Positions 8,586 to 18,421 of a stretch of 33,328 bases of DNA are shown here, piece by piece. The notes beneath the pieces are model-generated. The model saw nothing but the letters and a program-made list of their open reading frames with translations, was not told the origin of the DNA and searched no databases. The DNA is taken from positions 1 through 33,328 of the forward strand of contig JBIIIX010000001.1 in the NCBI GenBank assembly GCA_044234415.1. The letters run 5' to 3'. The stretch comes from Cyanobium sp. (GTDB taxonomy: Bacteria > Cyanobacteriota > Cyanobacteriia > PCC-6307 > Cyanobiaceae). Every line of letters starts with the position of its first letter. Positions within the stretch are counted from its first letter, which is position 1. Made by a program: the position numbers and the translations under genes.

Positions 8586-9791
8586 ATGGTCGTCAAGCCC
8601 AAGCCCGCCCAGCTCGCCCTTGCGGCCCTGCTCGTCGCCCCGCTGTTTGGGGTTCCCCTGGTGTTGGCCCAGCAGGCGTCTCCCGATGCGCCGGCGGGGA
8701 GTCCCGCTCCGGCCAGCCTGCCCGCGCCGCCGCCACCGCCACCGCCGCTGCCCGCCGCCTCGGCCCCCGCGGCCACCCCCGCCCGCGCTCCCAGCCCCAT
8801 GGAGCTGGCCAACCCTGCCCCGCTGCGGCCTGGCGCTGCAGAGCAAGGCGGCCGCCCCGCCCGGACTTTTGACCGCTCAATCGACGCCCTGGTGAAGGAC
8901 GGCACGGTCACGCCGCGCGAGGTGCGCATGCGCGGCACCATCGAGGTGGCCCCGGCACTGCGGCAAGAGGCCTGTGCCGCGGGCGCCCTGACGGCCGTTG
9001 AATGCCAGACGGGCGTGGTGCTCCGGGCGCGCGGCACGGGCGGCCTGCAGGAGCTGCCGGGCCAGCCCGGTGTCGCGGGACCGCTCAGCGCCGCGGCGGG
9101 CGAGCGCATGGGCATCGACGCGGCACCGTTGCCTCCGATCTCCGTGCCGGTTTCGGCCTTGCTGAGCGGCGCGGGCGGCAGCTTTCGGCTCACCGATGTG
9201 TTCAGGGTGACGCCGCGGCCAGCCCCGATCGGCGGCAACGGCAATGCCCAACTCCTTTATCCGCTGATCGGTTCGGCGGTCACCACCAGCGGCTTCGGCT
9301 GGCGTCTGCATCCGCTCCTGGGCACCTGGCTGATGCACAGCGGCCGCGACCTGGCGGCGCCGGAGGGCACCCCCGTGGTGGCGGCGTTGACGGGCCGGGT
9401 GGTGAGCAGCGGGTTAGCCGGTGGCTATGGCCTGGCGATCGAGATCGAGCACGACCGGCCCCTACGCCGCACCCTCTACGGGCATTTGTCTGAGTTGTAT
9501 GTGAAGGAAGGCGACAATGTGCGGCAAGGGGAGGTGATCGGCCGGGTGGGTAGCACCGGCATGAGCACCGGCCCGCACCTGCACTTCGAGCTGCGCCTGC
9601 CCCAGGAGGGCGGTTGGATGGCCACCGACCCCGGTGATCTGGATCCAGCCCGCTCGTTGATCGCGTTGCCGGGCCTGGGCGGCGGCCGTGGCACCAGCGG
9701 CGATGCCGTGGCGTTGCTGATGGGCCAGCTGGTTCAGGCCCTGGAGCGCCGTCCAGCCAACAGCCGGGGATCGGGAACCTTGGGGGGCTAG
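8586..9791 (+). CDS. M23 family metallopeptidase, secreted, with Pro-rich linker
   Basis: TSGFGWRLHP, HSGRDLAAPEGTPV, TLYGHLS, STGMSTGPHLHFE; signal peptide after ATG 8586. Confidence 0.93.
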   Translation: MVVKPKPAQLALAALLVAPLFGVPLVLAQQASPDAPAGSPAPASLPAPPPPPPPLPAASAPAATPARAPSPMELANPAPLRPGAAEQGGRPARTFDRSIDALVKDGTVTPREVRMRGTIEVAPALRQEACAAGALTAVECQTGVVLRARGTGGLQELPGQPGVAGPLSAAAGERMGIDAAPLPPISVPVSALLSGAGGSFRLTDVFRVTPRPAPIGGNGNAQLLYPLIGSAVTTSGFGWRLHPLLGTWLMHSGRDLAAPEGTPVVAALTGRVVSSGLAGGYGLAIEIEHDRPLRRTLYGHLSELYVKEGDNVRQGEVIGRVGSTGMSTGPHLHFELRLPQEGGWMATDPGDLDPARSLIALPGLGGGRGTSGDAVALLMGQLVQALERRPANSRGSGTLGG

Positions 9792-9811
9792 CGCCCAGCC
9801 CAGGCCGGTTT

Positions 9812-9832
9812 CGCTGAGGCGGCGCCTCAGCG
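9812..9832. terminator. GC-rich hairpin between convergent genes (no U-tract)
   Basis: CGCTGAGGC-GGC-GCCTCAGCG, 20 bp after the M23 stop. Confidence 0.4.
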
Positions 9833-9888
9833 GGGAGCAGGAAGGTTCAAGGTCTCCAAGCCTTTACGGCGAACCACGCCCCCAACGT

Positions 9889-9912
9889 CAGGCCAGGCCA
9901 GGCCAGGCCAGG
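9889..9912. repeat. (CAGGC)4 plus CAGG pentanucleotide repeat
   Basis: caggccaggccaggccaggccagg. Confidence 0.9.
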
Positions 9913-10031
9913 GGATCTCGCGGCTGAACCGGCCGCGTGCGGGGCACGAGCTGCCAGCTGGCGCTGCGATCGCCTTGACGTTTCAGGCCTTGACGCCCCC
10001 CGCTGGTGCGGCGGCGTTGAGGCCGGCAGCC

Positions 10032-10781
10032 TCAGCCCTGGGGTTCCTCGAGGCGGCCGTCGCGGAAGTGCACCACCCGCTGGGCCCGGGCGCCCACGTC
10101 CTGCTCGTGGGTCACCAGCAGGATGGTGATTCCTTGGGCGTTCAACTCGCTAAACAGGCCGAGCACTTCCTCGGTGGTGCGGGAATCCAGGGCGCCGGTG
10201 GGTTCATCCGCCAGCAGCAGTGAGGGGTGGTTGATGATCGCCCGGGCGATCGCCACCCGCTGTTGTTGGCCCCCCGACAGCTGGTTGGGCCGGTTGTTCA
10301 GCCGATGCCCCAACCCCACCCTTTCGAGAGCCTGCTCGGCCCGTTTGCGCCGGTCATCCGGCCGCACGCCGGCATAGATCATCGGCAGGATCACATTCTC
10401 CAGGGCCGTCATCTGGGGAAGCAGATGGAACTGCTGGAACACAAAGCCCAGCTCTTGATTGCGCAGATCGGCCAGCTCGTCGTCGCTGAGCTGCTCCACA
10501 GGGCGGCCATGCAGCAAATAGGAGCCGCTGGTGGGCCGATCCAGGCAGCCCAGGATGCTCATCGCCGTGCTCTTGCCGGATCCTGAAGCCCCCATCACCG
10601 CCAGGTAATCCCCCGCCTGGATGCGCAACGACAGGTCATCAAGGGCCATCACCCGCGATTCCCCCTGGCCGTAGACCTTGCTGACGTGGCGAAGCTCGGC
10701 CAGCGGTAGCTCAGGACGCTCAGACACCAGTGTCAAGCTGGTCACCCGTGGAGCAGGGGCGCTGGTGGAGGAGGGCGTCAA
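10032..10781 (-). CDS. ABC transporter ATP-binding protein (LolD/MacB/SalX type)
   Basis: GASGSGKST, GFVFQQFHLL, LSGGQQQRVAIARA, LLADEPTGALD, VTHE. Confidence 0.95.
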   Translation of the reverse strand: MTPSSTSAPAPRVTSLTLVSERPELPLAELRHVSKVYGQGESRVMALDDLSLRIQAGDYLAVMGASGSGKSTAMSILGCLDRPTSGSYLLHGRPVEQLSDDELADLRNQELGFVFQQFHLLPQMTALENVILPMIYAGVRPDDRRKRAEQALERVGLGHRLNNRPNQLSGGQQQRVAIARAIINHPSLLLADEPTGALDSRTTEEVLGLFSELNAQGITILLVTHEQDVGARAQRVVHFRDGRLEEPQG

Positions 10782-10828
10782 GGCGGTGGTGCGGGTGAGC
10801 GTGGCGGCGGCTCTGGCTTTTGCGGGGT

Positions 10829-12409
10829 TCAGCCCAGGGCTGCCGCGGCGTTGCTGGCGCTAGCGATGGCCTGTTGCAGCATCGGCGTGCCGGTGACAGC
10901 TCCATTGGCCCAGGTGAACAGGGGGCTGGAAAGAATCCCCCCCACAGATGTCACCAGCACACAGCCGATTAAGGCGGCCCGCAGCGGTTGCATGCCCGGC
11001 AGGCTCCAACTGATGGGCGGGTAGTCCTTGACCACATCGGAAGCCTCCTGCGATTCCTTGACCACCATCATCTTGATCACGGAGATGTAGTAGTAGATCG
11101 AAACCACAGAGGTGATCAGACCCACCACGACCAGAAGATACTGATGATCGGCCCAACCGGCAAAGAAGAGATAGATCTTGCCAAAGAAGCCGAGCATCGG
11201 AGGGATGCCCCCCAATGACAGGAGGCAAAGGCTAAGGCAGAGAGTGATCAGCGGATCCTTTTGATAGAGACCAGCGTAATCGGAAATGCGGTCGCTACCG
11301 GTGCGCAGGGAGAACAGGATCACGCAGGCAAACGCTCCCAGGTTCATGAATAAATAGGCAGCCATGTAAAGCACCATCGCCGCATAGCCATCCTCGGTGC
11401 CGCACACCAGGCCGATCATCACAAAGCCAGCCTGGCCGATCGAGCTGTAGGCCAGCATCCGCTTCATGGAGGTTTGGGCTAGGGCCACCACATTGCCCAG
11501 CACCATGCTGAGCACCGCTAGCACCGTGAACAGGATTTTCCACTGGGTGTCGAAGCCGTCGAAGCAGCCCACCAACAAGCGCAGGGCCAAGGCAAAGCCC
11601 GCAGCCTTCGAGCCAACCGAAAGAAACGCCACGACGGGAGTCGGTGAACCTTCATACACATCAGGGGTCCACTGGTGGAAAGGCACCGCGGCAATCTTGA
11701 ACGCCACCGTGGCCAGGATCAGCACCAGGGAGAGAGCGGTGACTGGACTTCCGGCGGTGCGCAAGGCAAGGGCAATGGACTCGAGCCCCGTAGCGCCACC
11801 GCTGATGCCGTAAAGCAGCGAGGCGCCGTAGAGGTAAACCGCCGCGGCCGCCGAACCCACCAGCAAATATTTCAAGGCCGCCTCGGAGCTGCGGGCATCG
11901 CGCTTCATGTACCCGGCCAGCAAATAGCTGGCCACAGACAAGGTTTCGAGCGAAATAAAGATGCTCACCAGGTCGGTGGCGCCACACAAAATCATCGCCC
12001 CGAGGGTGGCCGCCAGCAGGATCGCCGCGTATTCCCCCATCGGCGTGCCGCTGCGTTCCACGTATCGCCAGCTCAGCAGCAAGGAGATCAGGGTGGAGGA
12101 AGCCACGACCGCCCGGAAGGCGATCGCCAGGTTGTCGGCCAAGAACGCCCCGAGGAAAGAGGGTTCAAGGGATCCATCCCATTGCAGCGCCAGCAGCACC
12201 AGGGCAGCGCCAAGGCCGCCGTAACAGAGCGGCGGCACCCAGCGGCTGGCGGCCTGCTCGCCGAACAGGTCGACGATCAGGCAGGCCAGCAGGGTGAGCA
12301 GCACGGCCGTTTCGGGCGCGATCGCGCCGGCGTTCAGCTGCAAATTCAGGCTGCTCGTAGAAAGTCCGGCCGCGATGGCGGCGCCGGCAGCCTGGGAAGC
12401 GTCAACCAC
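10829..12409 (-). CDS. ndhB: NAD(P)H-quinone oxidoreductase (NDH-1) subunit 2
   Basis: [48 protein letters not shown]; GTG 12409 gives 526 aa (start uncertain). Confidence 0.96.
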   Translation of the reverse strand: MVDASQAAGAAIAAGLSTSSLNLQLNAGAIAPETAVLLTLLACLIVDLFGEQAASRWVPPLCYGGLGAALVLLALQWDGSLEPSFLGAFLADNLAIAFRAVVASSTLISLLLSWRYVERSGTPMGEYAAILLAATLGAMILCGATDLVSIFISLETLSVASYLLAGYMKRDARSSEAALKYLLVGSAAAAVYLYGASLLYGISGGATGLESIALALRTAGSPVTALSLVLILATVAFKIAAVPFHQWTPDVYEGSPTPVVAFLSVGSKAAGFALALRLLVGCFDGFDTQWKILFTVLAVLSMVLGNVVALAQTSMKRMLAYSSIGQAGFVMIGLVCGTEDGYAAMVLYMAAYLFMNLGAFACVILFSLRTGSDRISDYAGLYQKDPLITLCLSLCLLSLGGIPPMLGFFGKIYLFFAGWADHQYLLVVVGLITSVVSIYYYISVIKMMVVKESQEASDVVKDYPPISWSLPGMQPLRAALIGCVLVTSVGGILSSPLFTWANGAVTGTPMLQQAIASASNAAAALG

Positions 12410-12645
12410 GTCGTGGCAATCATGCTTGGAGCGGGACTGTAGCCGCCACGACCCGGCATTGGCTGTCGCCACTTCAGCCGCCAACCCAACCCGCCCGCGA
12501 ACCCATCGGGTTCCTCCGGTTCGTTCACCCGCGCGGCCAAGCTGCCGCAAGGCCGGTGCCACGCCGATACCGGCCAGCCGGCCCCAGGGATGGGCCCCGC
12601 TTGCCCGTTGATGCGATAAAGAAGGGAGCGGTTCACTGCCATCCC

Positions 12646-15462
12646 GTGGCCCACACCCTGGTCATCGTCGAGAGCCCCACCAAGGCCCGCACCATCCGGG
12701 GCTTCTTGCCCAAGACCTTCCGGGTCGAGGCGTCCATGGGCCATGTGCGCGACCTGCCCAACAGCGCCAGCGAGATCCCCGCCGCCCAGAAAGGAGAGAA
12801 GTGGGCCAACCTCGGCGTCAACACCGAGAACGACTTCGAACCGTTGTACGTGGTGCCGAAGGACAAGAAAAAGGTGGTCAAGGAGCTCAAGGACGCACTC
12901 AAGGGCGCTGATCGCCTGCTCCTGGCCACGGACGAGGACCGCGAAGGCGAGAGCATCAGCTGGCATCTGCTCAAGCTCCTCTCCCCCGCGGTGCCGGTGC
13001 AGCGGATGGTGTTCCACGAGATCACCCAGGAGGCGATCAGCCGCGCCCTCGCCTCCCCCCGCAACCTCGACATGGAGCTGGTGCACGCCCAGGAGACGCG
13101 CCGCATCCTCGATCGGCTGGTGGGCTACACCCTGTCGCCGCTGCTTTGGAAGAAAGTGGCCTGGGGCCTCTCCGCCGGCCGCGTGCAATCGGTGGCAGTG
13201 CGGCTGCTGGTGCAGCGGGAACGGGCCCGCCGCGCCTTCCGCAGCGGCAGCTATTGGGACCTCAAGGCCCGCCTCAAGCAGGCCGGCGGCGGCTTCGAGG
13301 CGAAGCTCACCCACGTGCGCGGCGAACGCATCGCCGGTGGCGCCGATTTCGATGAAACCACCGGCGCTCTCAAATCCGGAAGCCGCGTGCACCTCCTCGG
13401 GGAGGAGGAGGCCCGCGCCCTGCGCGAGGCCGCCGCCGCCGGAGCCTGGACCGTGACGGCGGTGGACGAGAAGCCCACGCTGCGCAAGCCCGTGCCGCCC
13501 TTCACCACCAGCACCCTGCAGCAGGAGGCGAATCGCAAGCTGCGCCTCTCGGCCCGCGAGACGATGCGCACCGCCCAGGGCCTCTACGAGCGGGGCTTCA
13601 TCACCTACATGCGCACCGATTCGGTGCATCTCTCCGACCAGGCGATCCAGGCCGCCCGCAACTGTGTGCGCGAGAAGTACGGCACCGATCACCTCAGCCC
13701 CCAGCCGCGCCAATACGCCACCAAGGCCCGCAACGCCCAGGAGGCCCACGAGGCGATTCGCCCCGCTGGCGAAGCCTTCCGCACCCCGGCCGAGTCGGGC
13801 TTGGACGGCCGCGATTTGGCGCTCTACGAGCTGATCTGGAAGCGCACCGTGGCCAGCCAGATGGCGGATGCGCGCCTCACGATGTTGGCGGTCGATCTGG
13901 AGACCGCCACCCAATCGCCCCTCGGCCCAGCCCGCTTCCGAGCCAGCGGCAAGCGCATCGATTTCGCCGGCTTCTTCCGCGCCTACGTGGAGGGCAGCGA
14001 TGATCCCGACGCCGCCCTGGAGGGTCAGGAGGTGCTGCTGCCGGCCCTGGCTGTGGGCGACGCGCCCGCCTGTCAAGGCGTTGAGGCCCTGGCCCACCAA
14101 ACCCAGCCGCCGGCCCGCTACAGCGAAGCGGCGCTGGTGAAGATGCTGGAGAAAGAAGGCATTGGCCGTCCCTCCACCTACGCCTCGATCATCGGCACGA
14201 TCGTGGATCGTGGTTACGCCACGCTGCAGAACAACGCCCTGATCCCCAGCTTCACCGCCTTCGCGGTGACGGCGCTGCTTGAGGAGCACTTCCCCGACCT
14301 GGTGGACACCAGCTTTACGGCCAGGATGGAGAGCAGCCTCGACGAGATCTCCCAGGGCAAGGTGCCCTGGCTCCCCTATCTGGAGGGCTTTTACAAGGGC
14401 GATCAGGGACTGGAGGCCCAGGTGCAGCGGCGGGAGGGGGACATCGATCCAGGCGTCTCCCGCACGGTGGAGCTGGAGGGGCTGCCATGCGTGGTGCGCA
14501 TCGGCCGCTTTGGCGCCTACCTGGAAACCCGCCGCGTCGCCGAGGACGGCAGCGAAGAGCTGCTCAAGGCCACCCTGCCCAACGAGATCACCCCGGCCGA
14601 CCTGGACGCGGAGAAGGCCGAGCTCATCCTGCGCCACAAGGCCGAAGGCCCGGAGGCGATCGGCGTCGATCCGGAGAGCGGCGAGAATGTCTTCCTGCTG
14701 TTTGGCCAGTACGGCCCCTACCTGCAGCTGGGCCAGGTGAGCGAGGCGGTACCCAAGCCGAAACGCGCCTCGCTGCCGAAGGGGGTCAAGCCTGAGGAGC
14801 TCAGCCTGGAGGCCGCCCTCGGCCTGCTGCGCCTGCCCCGCCAGCTGGGCGAACATCCGGCCGGTGGGCGAGTGCAGGCGGGCCTGGGGCGCTTCGGGCC
14901 CTATGTGGTGCACGACAAGTCCAAGGGCGAAAAGGACTACCGCTCCCTTAAGGCCGAGGACGATGTGCTGACGATCGATCTTGGGCGAGCCCTGGAGCTG
15001 CTGGCCCAGCCCAAGCGCGGCCGGGGCGGCCGCACCGCCCTCAAAGATTTGGGTACCCCTGCCGGTGCCGACGAGCCGATCCAGCTGTTCGACGGGCCCT
15101 ATGGCCTCTACGTGAAGCAGGGCAAGCTCAATGCCTCCCTGCCGGAGGGGGGCAGCGCGGACACGATCACCCTGGAACAGGCGGTGGAGCTGCTAGCCGC
15201 CAAGGCCGCCAGTGGCAAGGGCTCCCGCGCCGCCGGAACCGGCCGGAGCCGCACCGCCGGCGCCGCCACGGCGGAGGGGTCCAGCCGCGCCAAGGCCAGC
15301 GGCGGCGGCAAGGCCAGCGGAGGCAGCAAGGCGTCTGGCGGCAAGAGCAGCGGCGGCGGCAGCCGTACCGCGGCAGCGGCCGGCCGCAAGCCCCCCGCTA
15401 CCACCAAGACCGGCCGGCTGCGGGCCAGCTCGGTGCGGGTGATCCGGGCGGCCGACAGTTGA
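12646..15462 (+). CDS. topA: Type IA DNA topoisomerase I
   Basis: [51 protein letters not shown], four C-terminal G(R/Q/P)(F/Y)GxY repeats. Confidence 0.98.
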   Translation: MAHTLVIVESPTKARTIRGFLPKTFRVEASMGHVRDLPNSASEIPAAQKGEKWANLGVNTENDFEPLYVVPKDKKKVVKELKDALKGADRLLLATDEDREGESISWHLLKLLSPAVPVQRMVFHEITQEAISRALASPRNLDMELVHAQETRRILDRLVGYTLSPLLWKKVAWGLSAGRVQSVAVRLLVQRERARRAFRSGSYWDLKARLKQAGGGFEAKLTHVRGERIAGGADFDETTGALKSGSRVHLLGEEEARALREAAAAGAWTVTAVDEKPTLRKPVPPFTTSTLQQEANRKLRLSARETMRTAQGLYERGFITYMRTDSVHLSDQAIQAARNCVREKYGTDHLSPQPRQYATKARNAQEAHEAIRPAGEAFRTPAESGLDGRDLALYELIWKRTVASQMADARLTMLAVDLETATQSPLGPARFRASGKRIDFAGFFRAYVEGSDDPDAALEGQEVLLPALAVGDAPACQGVEALAHQTQPPARYSEAALVKMLEKEGIGRPSTYASIIGTIVDRGYATLQNNALIPSFTAFAVTALLEEHFPDLVDTSFTARMESSLDEISQGKVPWLPYLEGFYKGDQGLEAQVQRREGDIDPGVSRTVELEGLPCVVRIGRFGAYLETRRVAEDGSEELLKATLPNEITPADLDAEKAELILRHKAEGPEAIGVDPESGENVFLLFGQYGPYLQLGQVSEAVPKPKRASLPKGVKPEELSLEAALGLLRLPRQLGEHPAGGRVQAGLGRFGPYVVHDKSKGEKDYRSLKAEDDVLTIDLGRALELLAQPKRGRGGRTALKDLGTPAGADEPIQLFDGPYGLYVKQGKLNASLPEGGSADTITLEQAVELLAAKAASGKGSRAAGTGRSRTAGAATAEGSSRAKASGGGKASGGSKASGGKSSGGGSRTAAAAGRKPPATTKTGRLRASSVRVIRAADS
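15292..15363 (+). repeat. 18-bp degenerate repeat (one 15-bp unit) encoding [23 protein letters not shown] in the TopA tail
   Basis: aaggccagcggcggcggc aaggccagcggaggcagc aaggcgtctggcggc aagagcagcggcggcggc. Confidence 0.85.
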
Positions 15463-16265
15463 AGGCGCCTGATGGCCGTTGCGATCCGCGGTCCGAGCCC
15501 CGGCTTTGGCCCCTCGCCCTGGCGCTGCAGGTCGGGCTGTTGAGCGGCTGCAGCGGCAGCCCCTTTGCGGAGCGCCTCTCCCGCAGTTTTCCCGCCGCAT
15601 CGGAGCCCACGCTCCCAGCGCTCCCCTCCAGCAACGACCCAGCCCTGCCCCCTGGCGCGGGCCTCTCCGGCGGCGGCGGTCCGGGGGCATCCGGGTTTCC
15701 TCCAGGTGCTGGCGCCACGAGCGCTGGCGAAGCCGCCGCGGCAGGGAAGGCCGGAGCCGGCGGGGTCGGCCCAGCGGGTCGGCCCGGCGCCACGCTCACT
15801 GGCACTGGCACTGGCAGTGTCACGGGAACCTCCGCCACCGCCACGGCCGCCGCCACCGCCACCGCTGCAACCACGGGCTCGCCAGGCAAGGGAGCGGGGT
15901 CCACCCCCCCAGCTGCCGGTTCACCAGCTGCCGGTTCGCCAACCGCAGGTTCCACCGCGAAGCCCGGCGACGGCGCGAAGCCCGGCAAAGCCGTGGGCCA
16001 AGCGGCCCGGACCAATGGCCCCGGCCCGTCGAACCGTGCCGGCATCGCCCCGGCAGCCGAGCCCAGCAACGCCGCGCCTTACCGCGTCACACTGCGGCTG
16101 CCCCGGGCCGATCCCGCCGCGCCCGCGGAACTGGTCACCCGGGCCCTGCGGTCCGCCGGCGTGCCCTTCGAGGTGGAGACGATCGAGCGGATGCCGGCTC
16201 CCGCCATGGCGCCCCCAGCCACGAGCCGCAAGCCGGCGCCAGCCCTCTCCACTCCGGCCCGCTGA
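15459..16265 (+). CDS. Hypothetical lipoprotein with long low-complexity linker and small C-terminal domain
   Basis: Lipobox LLSGC; C-terminal [38 protein letters not shown]; TTG start overlaps the topA stop. Confidence 0.8.
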   Translation: MKAPDGRCDPRSEPRLWPLALALQVGLLSGCSGSPFAERLSRSFPAASEPTLPALPSSNDPALPPGAGLSGGGGPGASGFPPGAGATSAGEAAAAGKAGAGGVGPAGRPGATLTGTGTGSVTGTSATATAAATATAATTGSPGKGAGSTPPAAGSPAAGSPTAGSTAKPGDGAKPGKAVGQAARTNGPGPSNRAGIAPAAEPSNAAPYRVTLRLPRADPAAPAELVTRALRSAGVPFEVETIERMPAPAMAPPATSRKPAPALSTPAR

Positions 16266-16269
16266 GCCG

Positions 16270-16995
16270 ATGGCGCCACCGATGCCACCCTCCAGCCCCG
16301 GGCCAAGCCCCCAGCCCCCACCCCAACCGCTGGCGCCCACGCCGCGGGCCGGCGGGCGCCCACTGAGCCCTCGCCAGGCCCTTCAACTCATGGACACGGC
16401 CTACCTGGCCGCCGCCACCGCCCTGCTTTGGGCAGGCCTCTATTTCTTGCCGATCGGCAGCCCCCTCTTCCGCCTGGCCCTGCCCCTGCCCCTCACCCTG
16501 CTGCAGCTGCGCCACGGCGGCCGCTGCGCCGTGGAGGGGGTGGCCGTGGCGGTGCTGCTGCTGATCGCCCTGATGGGGCCGGTTCGCGGTCCGCTGATGC
16601 TGTTTCCTTTCGGCCTGATGGCCCTCTGGCTGGGCTGGGCCTGGCGGCGGGGCTGCAGCTGGTGGGTGTCGCTCTCCGTGGCGGCGGTGGTCGGCACCGC
16701 TGGCTTTCTGGTGCGGTTGGCGGTGCTGTCGGTGCTGGTGGGAGAGAACCTCTGGGTGTTGCTCACCGGCGTGGCAGCTGGTCTGCTGGATCGCCTCGCC
16801 GGCCTGGTGGGCTCGACGGCCAGCTTCGATCTCAGCGTGGTGCAACTCGTGGCCGTGTTGCTGCTGTTGGCCCAGAATTTTGTCGTGTCGCTCTGCCAGC
16901 ACGCCGTGGCCTATTGGATTTTCCCGCGGCTCCAGGCACCGATCCCCGAGCCGCCCCCCTCACTGCAGGCGCTGGTGGCACTCGATCCGCTTTGA
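16270..16995 (+). CDS. DUF2232 family membrane protein
   Basis: LMDTAYLAAATALLW, FRLALPLPL, LMGPVRGPLMLFPFG, LVGENLWV; multiple TMs. Confidence 0.85.
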   Translation: MAPPMPPSSPGPSPQPPPQPLAPTPRAGGRPLSPRQALQLMDTAYLAAATALLWAGLYFLPIGSPLFRLALPLPLTLLQLRHGGRCAVEGVAVAVLLLIALMGPVRGPLMLFPFGLMALWLGWAWRRGCSWWVSLSVAAVVGTAGFLVRLAVLSVLVGENLWVLLTGVAAGLLDRLAGLVGSTASFDLSVVQLVAVLLLLAQNFVVSLCQHAVAYWIFPRLQAPIPEPPPSLQALVALDPL

Positions 16996-18419
16996 CCGCG
17001 CCGCTGCGGCTCAGTGGCCCTGAGTCGATCGCCCGCGACTGGTGCGCCGACTGGAACCGCCGCTGGCCCGCCACCCAGGTGCTGCTGCTGCTGGCCGCCA
17101 CGGACACCGCGGCCGTGGAGGGGATCTCGGCCGCCGGCGCCACGGGCCCCTCCCGGCGGTTCACCGCCGCCGCCGATGCCGAGCTGCTGCTGCTGGGTCC
17201 GCGGCAACCTCGGCCCCATGCCCTACCGCCCCTGCCGGCTGGGGTGTCCCCCGCCTTGATCAGCCACGTGGTGGTGGAGCGGCTGAGGCTGAACGCCTTG
17301 GTGGTCGACCTGGGCTGCCCGGTGGCCCCCGCCGTGCCGCACCTTCGCCCCGCCGGGGCGGCCGGTGGTGGCCCGGCCCGCTGCCTCAGCCGCGGCGACG
17401 CCCTCGAACCCGCCAGGGTCGAGGCGTTGTTGGCCCTGGGACAGTCCTGGGCCGAGCGCCAGGCCCGTCTCCAGCCCGCCTCGCCGTTGCTGGTGGCGGA
17501 ATGCGTGCCGGGAGGCACCACCACCGCCCAGGCACTGCTCACCGGCCTGGGCGTTGAGGCGAGCGGCCTGGTAAGCGGCAGCTTGCGGCGCCCCGCCCAT
17601 GCCCTCAAGGCCGATCTGGTGGCCAGGGGGTTGGCGGCGGCGGGGTTGCTGGGGCAGCGGGCGGACGATGGACCAGCGCACCAGCGGGCCGCCTGGGCCC
17701 GCCAGGTGGCGGCCTGCCTGGGTGATCCGATGCAGCCGCTGGCCGCGGGCCTGGCCCTGGGGGCGGCGCGCTATGGGTTGCCGCTGCTGCTGGCGGGGGG
17801 GAGTCAGATGGCGGCGGTGCTGGCTCTGGCCTTGGCCCTGGCGCCGCCCGGCCTGCTGCCGCGGCTCGCCCGTTGGGTGGGGCTGGCCACCACCGGCTGG
17901 GTGGCCCGGGAACCCAGCAGCGATCTGGCCCTGCTGCTGCGGCGCATCGGCGACCAGTGGGGGGTGGAGCCCCTGGCCTTCGCCGCCGACCTGCACTTCC
18001 GCGGTGCTGTTCACCCCGCCCTGGCCGATTACGAGCGGGGATATGTGAAAGAGGGGGTGGGGGCCGGCGGCCTGGCGGTGCTGTGGCAGCTCAGCGGTCG
18101 CCGGCCCGCCGATCTGGCCCTGGCCTGCGACGACGCCTGCCACCAGCTGCTGGCCGGGTTCCCGTTGCCGGGGGGAGACGGGGCGGCCGGGGCTGGGACG
18201 GATAGCCCTGATGCCGGCGAGGCCTCGGCAGGTAAAGCCGCGACAGGGGGTACGGCAGGGGGTGCGGCAGGGGGCTTGGAGGCCGCAGGCCAAGCCGCGC
18301 ACGGCGCCCCGGTGGGGGCTGGCCCCGCAGCGGGCTGGGAGGCCTGGGTTGATGCCCCGCTTGCCGAGGGCGAGCTGGCTCATGGCGCGGCGGCTTCCTA
18401 CGGTCGTGGGGGCGGTTGA
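16992..18419 (+). CDS. cobT: Nicotinate-mononucleotide-dependent phosphoribosyltransferase CobT (cyanobacterial/archaeal type)
   Basis: GISAAGAT, ADAELL, GVSPALIS, ECVPGGTTTA, LAGGSQM, YERGYVKEGVGAGG; TTGA overlap with upstream stop. Confidence 0.92.
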   Translation: MTAPLRLSGPESIARDWCADWNRRWPATQVLLLLAATDTAAVEGISAAGATGPSRRFTAAADAELLLLGPRQPRPHALPPLPAGVSPALISHVVVERLRLNALVVDLGCPVAPAVPHLRPAGAAGGGPARCLSRGDALEPARVEALLALGQSWAERQARLQPASPLLVAECVPGGTTTAQALLTGLGVEASGLVSGSLRRPAHALKADLVARGLAAAGLLGQRADDGPAHQRAAWARQVAACLGDPMQPLAAGLALGAARYGLPLLLAGGSQMAAVLALALALAPPGLLPRLARWVGLATTGWVAREPSSDLALLLRRIGDQWGVEPLAFAADLHFRGAVHPALADYERGYVKEGVGAGGLAVLWQLSGRRPADLALACDDACHQLLAGFPLPGGDGAAGAGTDSPDAGEASAGKAATGGTAGGAAGGLEAAGQAAHGAPVGAGPAAGWEAWVDAPLAEGELAHGAAASYGRGGG

Positions 18420-18421
18420 GG

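Noticed and set aside
9833-9870. tRNA remnant suggested by GGTTCAA
   Set aside because: No T-stem pairing, acceptor stem or CCA context.
12346-14913. 855-aa antisense ORF opposite topA (similarly 24930..26513, 28855..31065, 19198..21225, 5231..6553)
   Set aside because: Shadow ORFs caused by GC-biased codon usage on the coding strand; no recognisable motifs.
15565-16991. Long ORF-track N-termini for DUF2232 (15565) and cobT (16428); also 8271, 21951, 12556, 12562
   Set aside because: They overlap genuine upstream genes or promoter DNA in other frames; starts were reassigned to downstream codons.
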